From NCBI GenBank assembly GCA_051294375.1, contig CM119265.1, forward strand, positions 28,090,182-28,154,181: 64,000 nt of DNA, written 5' to 3'. Position numbers and translations under genes: made by a program. A model generated the notes under the pieces. That model made no database searches and was not told where the DNA came from. It saw only the letters and a program-made list of their open reading frames with translations. The stretch is from Paraspadella gotoi. Lineage: Eukaryota > Animalia > Chaetognatha. Within the stretch, counting starts at the first letter, position 1. The number at the start of each line of letters is the position of its first letter. Shown piece after piece: positions 37,376-47,679 of this stretch.

Positions 37376-38879
37376 ACTTTCGTTTCGAAAAACTGATCTT
37401 TTGGTTTACCCCGCATTTCGCGAGAAACCAGTCTGTTTCTCCTTCGCCTATGTTTTGTAATTCGGTTTCACAGACGATATCCTGCACGTTACCGTTATTT
37501 TTGCTGCTCGAATTTATGCCAAATGTCTCTCCTATTCACCCGCCGTTTATTTCGAAGTTAAAATGTATATCTTTATGCTGTATGTAATCGCCCAAATTTC
37601 TATAAAGTTCGACGTGTTATACCAGGTCCGTTTTTAATGGTTTTTAACTCGTTGTTAATAAGTTTTAATGCGTTTATAATTTGACATTTTATATTAAATC
37701 GTTGTATAATCTGTTTCACATCCAGCGGCTGCTTCTGCGGATCTCTTTCCGATGCTTTTTTCCGATGCTTTTTCCGATGCTTTTTTCCGATGCATTACAG
37801 CGCTGCCCTTACGGTTCTATTACGCGAATTCATTATGGTTCTATTCCCCCCATAGGGATCTCTATGCGCTTAGTACTTTGGAAACGTTTTGTGAAACCTG
37901 CGTGTACTGCTCTCGACTTTTGTCGTCGTGTACGATGGCTCTACACACAACTACTTACCTGGAATGTCTGATATAGTGTAAAACACGTCTTGCAAACTAG
38001 CTTAAGGCAGGTCATACAAATTGGATAGATAGCCCAGAGCACACACCACTAGGTTCAAGACGTAAGCGAGACCGCCACCTCACACTTTTTTTGTTCTCAC
38101 TCCTCTCTCTCGAGGAGCTCTCTCTCTCTCTTTACGACATTCTCTCACATTTTTTTTCTATCAGCCGCCCTTGCGCTTATTAGTTTTCTACTTCTATCTT
38201 AGGCTTGTTTTTTCTTCATATCTCTTTCACATTTCTCATTATTTCACACTTGTCTTTCTTATGCTTCTTTCGTTTTTTTCTTTTCTTTCATGCCATCTCA
38301 CTGCGCGTTTCGGTGTGTCTGTTCTTTTTATCTATTCTGTTGTCCTGTTTACGCTCTTCTTTCTTTCTTTCTTTACTACTATCCAGTTCACTACAGATGC
38401 ACACACGCACTACGGCGGTCCACCTTGACTCTGTGCAGATCATCTACTCATCTCACTCTCTCCATCACATCTCACTCCTCCATTGCCTCGTCGTCTCTTC
38501 CACACCATTTCCCCCAACACTCTTGGGACACACACTCACTGTTATTCTTTTCCTCTTTGGTCGGAGTACTTCTCCCCCGACTTAGAGCAGTAACTCCTTG
38601 AGCGTGCATCATAACGTTCCTCTGCGCCATCTGGTTGAGCACCCTCGGGGCACCCATACTATACTACGAGATCTACTACACTCATATCGTCACTTCCCGT
38701 TGTGGAAAATGAATGCTTAACGTTCTTCATACCATCCGCATATCTTCCCGCCTCAGTATCTCACTTTCACTATAACCTTACCTTAGACTCTGCTGTGGCG
38801 GCCACGGGGGAGTGCGGCAGGGCCCAGGCATTCGCGGTGGGAGGCTGAGGACTGCCAGCGTGATGAGCAGAAGCTAAGG

Positions 38880-39260
38880 GTTTAGAATTGGTTAAACAAG
38901 GAGAAAGAAAAAGGGAGAAAAAGAGAGAAAGCAGAGAAGGGAGAAAGTAGAAGGGAGAACAGGTCGAAGATAACGAAAAGGGAGGAAAGAAAGTAAAAGA
39001 AAAGAGTAAGAGGTAGAAGAGATGGTTTTGAGAGGGGGAATATAGAATGAAATGGAGAAGGGACGAGGCGGAGGAAACGGAAGAAAAGAAAACAGGTGAA
39101 GAGGAAAAAAAGCGATAAATCAGCGAAACGAAACCAAGAAATGAAATGAAGAAAGTGAAGTTGCATTATGTTATACGATTCTTCAGCTGTGGTTACTAAT
39201 ATGTATGTCGTATAAGTTATTTAGTGGAGTCGAGACACAGCCCGACATCTCCCAGCGGTC
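38880..39260 (+). repeat. Noisy direct duplicate of 34750-34964 and 35440-35582
   Basis: Shared GGTTAAACAAGGAG...GGGGAATATAGAA and AATGTATGTCGTATAAG...CACAGCCCGACATC strings. Confidence 0.75.
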
Positions 39261-40030
39261 GAACGGCCGCGCCCGATTAGCGATGCTCGACTCGCTTAAC
39301 GCCCATCGACGAGCCAACCCCGACGTCAAAACACCCGCGACTGCTGAATCGGATCGAACCGACCGGCCTGATCGCCAACGGACGATACGCCAACTTTACA
39401 TCAGACCGCCACTACGCCACCATCGACGCTCAAACGGACGCACCTCCCGATTCGCGACCATCCCGATCGCCAAAAACGACGTCCCAACCGATACGCCAAC
39501 GACGCCAAAACGAGCCACTCGCGACGTGCCAACCACGCCACCCCAATCGACGGCCACCGCGCCACCCTCTCCACGACGCCATCCGTACGCCACCGACGCC
39601 CCAACCGGATTCCGCCAACGACGGCCTAACAGACGACGCCACTGACAGCAACTTAAGCGGCCACCCCGCGCCAACGTGACGCCAACCGAGCCCACGTTGA
39701 TGCAACCGCAACTCCCGACGCCATCGACGCCAACCGACGCCACTTCGCCCAAACCACGCCGGCTCACCCTACACTATATCCGACGCCAACGAGAAAGCCA
39801 AACTCAACGCCACCGCGGCCGCCATCCGCACGCCCAACGACGGCCAACCTGACGCCTCAACCGCGCCGAGAACGGCCAACCGCGGGCACCCTCCGGACGT
39901 CCGCCACGCAACCTGACGCCACTCGACGCATACACGCCACCGACGCCAACCGCGCCACACCGCACACCGCGCCATCCGACGCAACCGCCGCCACCCGGCC
40001 CAACCGAAGCCACCCCGCGCACCGGGCCGG
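39260..40030. repeat. Degenerate GC-rich CCGACGCCA-type tandem repeat
   Basis: Recurrent CCGACGCCA/ACGCCAACCG. The clean start of the same array is at 35535-35582. Confidence 0.7.
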
Positions 40031-40319
40031 GACGAAGGAACACGAGGCAATTACGCGGCGGAGGGAGGAAGTGGAGGAGGAGGAGTAGGAGGCGGAGAGG
40101 AGGAAGAGGAGGAAAGGAGGAGGAGGAAGAGGAAGCGGAGGAGGAAGAAGAGGAGGGGGAAGCGGAGCAGGAGGGAGAAGAGAAGGAAGTTGGAATTCGG
40201 ACGAATCCCCAGAGTCTCGTCTCGACCGACGATTCCGTGGTTGTGGTCGGTGGTCGGTGGGCGGTGGGTGTGGGGAAAGATTGTGGTTGGATGGTTGGTC
40301 GTTAAGTGGCTGGTTCACG

Positions 40320-40770
40320 ATCGGTTGATCGTTAATTGACTGGTTGATGTGCTAGTCGACAATTGATAGAACCTGATTGTCTTGTCAAAGATTGATTGGT
40401 CGTTAATTGAATAGTCGAATATTGATTGATCCTTAATTGGCTGGTTGATGTGCTAGTCGACAATTGATAGGACCTTGATTGGCTTGTCAAAGATTGATTG
40501 GTCGTTAATTGAATGGTCGAACATTGATTGTTCCTTAATTGGCTGGTTGATGTGCTAGTCGACAATTGATAGGACCTTGATTGGCTTGTCAAAGATCGAT
40601 TGATCGTTAATTGAATGGTCGAATATTGATTGATCCTTAATTGGCTGGTTTATGATTAGTTGGACCTTAATTGGCTGGTCAACCTTCGATTCGTTGTTAT
40701 TTGGCTGGTCGAATATTGATTGGTCTTTAATTGGCTGGTCAACGATTGATTGAAAGTTGGTTGGCTTGTC
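40320..40770. repeat. ~102 bp tandem repeat (3+ copies) built from shorter TTAATTG/TTGATTG subunits
   Basis: GATGTGCTAGTCGACAATTGATA recurs at 40346, 40447 and 40549. Confidence 0.85.
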
Positions 40771-41699
40771 CTTAACCGTTAAAACTTAAAATGTTTTTAA
40801 TTTGTTTTATTTTCACGGTGAAATACAGTTAAATTTATTTTCTAATTTTGATAATTGGGTATAGAATATTTTGTTTTCTTTAACTTATTATGTTATTAAT
40901 TAATTTTTTTAAAAAACAAAGTGAAGCGTTCAAATCAGTTTCGCGTTTTTTATCTTATAAATAGAAGTTTTTATATTTTTACTAAGTAAACAAGTTTGGG
41001 CAAACAATGTCGGATCTGCCGACGATAATTAAGCTAATTAAAAAGCATCAAGCTAAAAAAAAATTATCCTATTTACAATCATACATTCCCCAAAAAAAAG
41101 GCGGGGGGGGACGCCTTGTTTGCGTTTTATGCCAGATCAAACTCTATTTTATATGCTAAACTAAATAATAATAATAATAAAAATAACTGCAAAATAAAAA
41201 TGTATCATATTATCAATAGACTTAATTACTTTGTCAATTTCTCCTTTGAAGTTTATTACAAGAATTTTCGACCAATGCGCTGCATTGAAAATTCCGTCTT
41301 TTTCTTTACGCTTCCTCTCTTAATAATAACCACAAAAGGTACGCTGTAGCCTGTCACTAAATTTTTGAGTTCTTTCCTGTCTTAACAAATGAGCATCCAG
41401 CAAATGTAGATGTGACAGAACGACGCAGACAGACCTTCGCGCTAAGTGACTATATAAGTTACTCGCGAGATACTCGCGCCGGAGTACAGTAAATAATTTA
41501 ATGTTGTGGAGTGACTTCCCGAATATTTTGTCAGCTGTTTTAATTTCATGTCAGTTCATTTTTGTGGATCTTAAGCTCAGATATATTACGAATTCATGTA
41601 TTGTATTTTGACTTTTTTTTATTTTGCTATTAGAAAGTTAGAGATGCAAACGAAAATATCTTCGTTGTATTAGGCAATTTCTATATTTAATTAATTAAC

Positions 41700-41760
41700 A
41701 GAACACCATGTTTCGACTCTCTTAGTTTTTTGCGAAGTTCTTTCATCAGCAAGTTTGAAC
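41700..41760 (-). ncRNA. Candidate hammerhead ribozyme core (noisy) in the left inverted pLTR
   Basis: The - strand reads TTG-CTGATGA-AAGAACTTCGC...AAGAGAGTC-GAAA-CATG, homologous to 43455-43505. Confidence 0.45.
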
Positions 41761-42059
41761 ATTCAATAACACCGTAAAATTTGTTAAAGAATAAACATTA
41801 GTATTGAGAGAGAGAACGAGAAGAGAGAGAGGAGGAGTTTCCTAACAAGATTGAGCAAGGATAGTGGTCAGTGTGAGGACAGTTGAAAGTAGCGGAAAGA
41901 GAGTAATGATTTTGATTGTTGAAAATGAGAAAAAGACGAAGAGGGAGAAGAGAGAGGAGAGAGAGAGAGCAGAGAGAATACAGGGAGACCTTGCGCTTGC
42001 AAGGCACCGACCGCGCCCACCACCAGCGCAAAGTGGAGATAGACAGAAGCGTCTCAAGA

Positions 42060-42540
42060 ACGTGGGTCACTTGTCCCATCCCCTACCACCGAGGGATCAC
42101 TGAATCATTGTCGCGGGTGCTGGCAAAGCAGGGGATCTCCAGTCAGTGACGACCCGCGGCTCTTTACTGTGAGCAATTGGTGAAACCGAAAGACAAAAAT
42201 CCCCAGACCAAAAACACTCAGGAGCCGTCTATTGGGCGGGCCTGTGCAGGAGCGGCAACCACACCCTGCACAGCAGCCATACGTGGCGAGACAGGACAAA
42301 AGTCTCTAATCAGATAGGTTCCAACAACATATCAAAGCCCTTATCGCGGACTCTAGAGGGCACTATAAATCTGTCGTGGCAGTTGCAGAACACGCAAACA
42401 ACTAGGGCATCTGTTCAGAGAAGAAGACTGTCTCGTGCTGTGCCTATGACCAAAACTGGTTCTCAAGAGGTATTAGAGAGGCAATTTACATCAAGGCACT
42501 CGAACCCTCTTTGAAACCGTGATGGAGGACGATTCGAACG
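42060..42540 (+). pseudogene. Penelope-like RT linker and GIY-YIG endonuclease fragment, frameshifted
   Basis: PIPYHRGITESLSRVLAKQGI, VKPKDK, VYW...Y(V)GETGQ, RFQQH, AVAEHA, DQNWFSRGIREAIYIKALEPSL(N)RDGGRF. Confidence 0.85.
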
Positions 42541-43242
42541 TCCTCCAAGCTATGATAATCGCTTATCAAAACTGTGGTGGAGCACCCAACGCCACCTCAA
42601 GCCGCAAGGTGATTTCCCCTGTCCTCACTCAACGGGTCAAAGCGCAGGAGGAGCCCTCTTCAGCAGGCAATGGACGTCCGGTGTGCCTGCAACCGAGCTT
42701 GCAGCAACTTGGCGCGGACTCTTCTCGTGCTGAGCATCGCCCAAAACGGACAGCTGCAAGAGGAGGAGAGGAGTCTGTATCCCTGTTTTCCCCCCCAAAA
42801 CAGGCCCGAACAAGCAATCGCCCACCTCACCGTTCAGGTGAGAGAGGGGCGCTTCGCGCAGGCCTATCAGGTCAGAGAGATATGCGAGTGGCACTAGGCA
42901 TTTTTCCAGCCGGATCATTACCAGATCCAGCCCTGTTCCATTTCCACCACAATATCATCTCAGCCATGACAGGCCAATTGACCCGACTACATCCGTTAAC
43001 GCTCCACATTGCCCGCGCTGCGGGGGGGGCAAGCTACATTTTTGAGCTCTTTTTTCTTACCTACGTATTTCAACTTATCTTTAACTTATCTATCCTCATC
43101 ACTTATTCTTCTATTTCATTTTCTCTTACTAACAATCATCAGCTAACAATTAATCTATTATTACTTTTGTTAAATATTTAGTTTTTTCTAAAATTTTTCA
43201 CTGTTGTAACATTGCCTCAATGTATTGATCCCTGTCTGTCTC

Positions 43243-43290
<48 letters not shown>

Positions 43291-43454
43291 CTTTTCACCA
43301 ATTTCAAAAATCATTTACATCTCTCTTTCCCTTACTTTCACCTGTCCTCACATCTGACCACTATCCTTGGCTCAATTCTCTCTGTTGGAAATCTCTCTCT
43401 CTCTTCTCTTTCTCCTCTCTTCTCAAACTAATGTTTAAAATTTTGTCTATTAGA

Positions 43455-43505
43455 ATTCACTTGCTGATGAAGACTCGCAAAACTAAGAGTCGAAACATGT
43501 ACATT
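43455..43505 (+). ncRNA. Candidate minimal type I hammerhead ribozyme
   Basis: CTGATGA (43464-43470), stem II GACTC/GAGTC, GAAA (43492-43495), palindromic ACATGT helix III, GTA cleavage triplet. Helix I is weak in this read. Confidence 0.6.
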
Positions 43506-43551
43506 AATTAAAATAAAATTGCTATTACGAACGATATTATGTAGTAAATAT

Positions 43552-45833
43552 ATGTCAGCACTCGGCCCATTGCCTAGGTTCACCCCAGCCTCATAGAACA
43601 TGACGCTTTCAAGTGCTAGACCCCACCCACACCCGCATAGGCCCTCATTCCGTAAAGCATCAGGCTCAATTGAACCACTACGGTACCGGGTTCACATCCC
43701 CACACACCACCCACCACCCCAAGCTCTCAGGATACCACTCTGCGGGAGCCGTACGACGGAACAGGCGCCCTAAGCCCCTTGGGGCATGGGCAAACCCTCA
43801 ACCTTGGTCCCACGCACGGGCACCGTTCATGGACCTGCCTAGAGGGTATTAGAAGTTACGGACAGTCATCTTCAGCCCACGATAAGCGCCTTAATTACCA
43901 CCCAACTGGATTGAGCCCCATCCTGGTCGGAGCGTATTCCCAACCTTCTGATTCCGGCCCTTGCGTCTAGCTGAAGATGCTACCCTCCCTACACTTTGGA
44001 AGCAGGGCAGGCAGTGGGTTACAAGTCTGAGGGGACAGCAATGTAGTCGGCATTGCTAGGTTCACCCCGCTAGAAACATGACGCTTTCAGTTGTGACCCG
44101 GCTGGCTCTACACTTGGTTTAAAGCCATCAGCTCATGACACACTGGTACCGGTTCAATCCCCAAACACAGGGGACCTACTCTGCGGAAGCGTGAGGACGG
44201 CGCGTAAGCCGCGCTTGGGGCATTGGCAAACCTTCAAGCCCTGCGTTTCCAAGACCCAGGGACCCGTTCCATGCGCATATCTATATGCTTTGCATTATTC
44301 CTTCATTAAGGTATTGTTTTTAATAAAGAACAAAACAAAGCTTTTGTTCAAAGACTTTTTATTCAGCTTTTAAAGCGAAGCTAGCAAACCCTCCAACAAA
44401 CGACGCCGATCGACGACGCCGCTCTACAACGCCTCTGTCTCTGATCAAGTGGACGGTCTTGTGCGTGGTGAACTATTTTTTTTCCGCTTGGTCTCGACGC
44501 AATTCGAGAATCGACCCGTTCACCACATGTAGGTTAAACCCAGCCACATCCTCGAACTCTTAGCGCCCCTCGATTTCACCGACGGGCGCCCACCAACCTT
44601 CACGCGACTTTTAGGCCGGCGACTTGCGCCACCGGAAACCGCATAAAATGCCGCCGCCCGTAACAGGACCGCCACGACCAGGTCTCAGGCAGCCTCCTTA
44701 CGCGCCCCAGTACGCGTGTACACGCGCGGCCGCCTGTCCCCGACTCCGTTAGACCTAAACGACGAGGAAGTCGAAGCGCCCAGTATCAATTCGCCAGCCC
44801 GCAGGAGACGTGCCGGCCACCTTCGTCTTTTCCAAACGGCGATCAGTACGAGACTTACAGAAGAACAGCATACACAACCGCTCCCTGCGAATATAGGCAG
44901 AGGCGCCGCCGACTCAGTCTGAAGTCGACGCCCATCAGAGCGGCCCCGACGCCAGCAATGGCGGCACTCGCGCGCCCAAGACGCCAACTTCTCCAGAGCC
45001 GACAAGCCCAAAAACCGGAACCTCCTCCTTTGAACAAAGAAAAATAGAGACATTTGGATAAGAGAGGATGGAGTCCGCATATACTCGAGCCAGAAAGTGT
45101 CAATGCAAAAGACAAATTCGCTTTCCTTGAGGCAAAAATGGTCAGTCGACGTTGATTCCGAGAAATCAACGCCTTTTTGTACGGCACGCCTTCGTGGAGG
45201 CAGAAATGGGAACGACGCTTTCATTGAGATACCTGCGTACCAGAATGATGGTATTACCAAACGTCGACAAGCGAGATCATCCTCGATGCCAAAATAACGC
45301 CGAAACGAAATGAAAACCGTCGCAGCACCTTGCCAGGCTTTGACCGAGAAAGCTTCACCGTCACTATCGACGATCATATTGAGGAGCTGGTTCATCCGAG
45401 ACTCCCAACGGACCGTCCCACAGCCAATGTCCATAGGAACCGGCGCCAATCTGCGGACGCGGCCGAATTCCCGCCGCCATAGCGCGACAAGCATTTTGAA
45501 CCCGCCGGAAAACCTCTCACCAGATGATTGAGATAAGCGCTACGTGGGCTGAAAGATAGAGCTGTCCGCTAACTTGCTCATAACCCCCTCTTAGCAGCCA
45601 TGGAACGGGTCCCTGGGCTTGGAACCAGGCCTTGAGGTTGCCATGCCCCAAAGGCGGCTTACGGCCGTTCCTCACGCTTCCCGCCAAGTACGTACCGGTT
45701 GGATTGACCCGTGGTACCTAGTGGTCATGAGCGTTGACTGGACATTTACCTCAATGAAGCCACCGGAGTACAACACTGAAAGCGTCGAACTGTATTCTAG
45801 GCGGGGTTGAAACCTAGGCCAATGCCCGACTAC
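43552..45833 (-). mobile_element. Inverted-repeat element with TGTAGTCGG...CCGACTACA termini; possible internally deleted DIRS/Ngaro-class tyrosine recombinase element
   Basis: 44042-44273 is the reverse complement of 45599-45833, and 43552-43895 is a longer, noisier inverted copy of 45530-45833. They enclose a GC-rich - strand ORF. Confidence 0.6.
44600..45510 (-). pseudogene. Possible RNase H tail plus tyrosine recombinase remnant (269 aa ORF 44685-45494)
   Basis: Weak motif resemblance only: LWRREFGRVRRLAP (like the DIRS RNase H end), KAWQGAATVFISF (like the N-terminal helix), and a frameshifted IDTGRF/TSSSFRS (like the SHSFR box). Confidence 0.3.
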
Positions 45834-46435
45834 AATATATATTAATGTAACCTAAAAATATAAAAACCAAGAATAAACGGATTCTCTTGTCGATGTTTGG
45901 TCGTCATTTTCATTCTGTCTTTGCTGTCTAATTCTGTTTTGTCTGTCTTTTCTAAAATGCAAAAAATTCGCGGAACGCATCAAATTTTTTGTTTCCTCTT
46001 CAAACTTTTCGTCTTCTGAAATTCAATCTAAAACCTAATACATTGAGTGACGCAAGATGATATTAGGAAATGACATTTTTATCAATTTAGAATGACAGTT
46101 TTAATCAGTTATAAATACGATTTTATCCACCGTCTCGCATCCGAGGGAGTTTTTTAATTTTTTCCTTTCTAAGGAAAAAAGTTTGAAAAGCGAGAAAGGG
46201 ACAAAAGTTTAACACGTATAATCTAGTAAGAAATATAGGAAAGATTCTTAAAAAAAATAATAGCAAAAAAAATAATATCTTAATCGCTTAAAACGAAAAC
46301 GAATCATGTCTATTCAGTTTTACTAATTTTCTTAAAGGGTAAAAATTAAGAAATACTAATTTTTAATACGTATTGCTAATTAAGTTTTTTTAAGCTTTCA
46401 ACATGATATCACAACAAAAGATAACGCTTGTTACA

Positions 46436-46470
46436 GGGCTCGTCCGGGAGTCGAACCGGGGAGCTCGCGC
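46436..46470 (-). pseudogene. 3' half of a tRNA-Pro (T arm plus acceptor strand)
   Basis: GGGCTCGTCCGGGAGTCGAACCGGGGAGCTCGCGC on +. Similarity stops before the anticodon. Confidence 0.75.
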
Positions 46471-46511
46471 AAATTTTGTAATTTTGTAATTTTCCTACCT
46501 CCTAAACTTTT

Positions 46512-46606
<95 letters not shown>

Positions 46607-46619
46607 GAGATAGGTCATT

Positions 46620-46856
46620 GCCCAGAATGTCCTCCCAGCATAGCAACAGAAGGGGCGGCCCAGGGGAAGCTAGATTATAGTCAGAGAAGGAGTACCCCAT
46701 TTTAATGCCCTAAAGTTACTCCTTATGGCTAAAAAAATGATTCCCCATGGGGTAGCCCTGGGGTAGCGTACTGGGGTTGCCCCCAGGGGCCGACCCGTAG
46801 GGCACACCTAGCTCCATACCAAGAGGTTGGGTACTTTTGAAGGATGACATTCTTGC
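46620..46856. mobile_element. Possible ~240 bp MITE
   Basis: GC-richer island. AGAATGTCCTCC at the left end imperfectly matches the reverse complement of GGATGACATTCT at the right end. Confidence 0.3.
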
Positions 46857-47151
46857 TCTAAAAATATTTACAATTTTATTACATCGACTTACAAAGCGTA
46901 TTTATATCACATTGTAATCATAATTTTTAAGACGAAGTTAGTTTAAAGTCGGAAGACGATCTACGCCTCCGCTTCAAGATGGCGCGATTGTCAACGTCTC
47001 CAAAAAATGGCGCCATTCTCAACGTCTCCAAAAGATGGCGTTGATCGAACAAAAAGTTTTGCGAATTTCCGTCCACAAAGTTTGTTCGTTTTTGCCGAAG
47101 ACGAAATAAGTTGAGACGGCGACGAGGAGGAATAGACCGACGGCTGAAAGG

Positions 47152-47310
47152 AATGAGGAAATGAGGAAATGAGGAAATGAGGAAATGAGGAGATGAGGAA
47201 ATTATGAAATGAGGAAATGTGGAAATTATGAAATGAGGAAATGAGGAAATGAGAAAATTAGAAAATTAGAAAATGAGGAAATGAGGAAATGAGGAAATGG
47301 AAAAATTAGG
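47152..47310. repeat. (GAGGAAAT)n 8-bp repeat
   Basis: Directly visible. Confidence 0.9.
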
Positions 47311-47679
47311 AAATGGATAAAATTAAAACCATTTACTTGACGTTATTTCTTGTTTTATTTAAATCTAATACTATTTAGATAAACCAATATTAGCTAAGTC
47401 CTTTACGGTAACAAAAAAACTTACGTAAACAAAATCGAAGAAAAAACTACAACTCTCTGGTCATAAAAACTTCGTTCAGTTGATCGAGAGGCTTCCAGGA
47501 AAAAAAGCCCAAATTGTCTGCGAAGTCAGCAGAGCACGCGAGAGAGAGAGAGNNNNNNNNNNNNNNNNNNNNNNNNNAGAGAGAGAGATGAGAGAGGGAA
47601 GATGAGAGCACAGAAGGACGTGAGAGAGAGACGCAGAGGCAGAGAGAGAGATGAGTATAAAACACGCCAAAAAACAAAA

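Larger units (their letters stand above)
41655..43540 (+). mobile_element. 5'-truncated Penelope-like retroelement with inverted pseudo-LTRs
   Basis: GIY-YIG endonuclease remnant at ~42060-42540. The segment ~41655-41985 is the reverse complement of ~43230-43540. Confidence 0.8.

Noticed and set aside
39205-40318. Overlapping Arg/Pro/Gly-rich ORFs
   Set aside because: They arise from a degenerate GC-rich tandem repeat that is poor in stop codons in all frames.
46436-46455. tRNA-Pro primer-binding site of an LTR element
   Set aside because: It lacks the TGG complementary to CCA, similarity runs well past 18 nt, and there is no adjacent LTR or gag.
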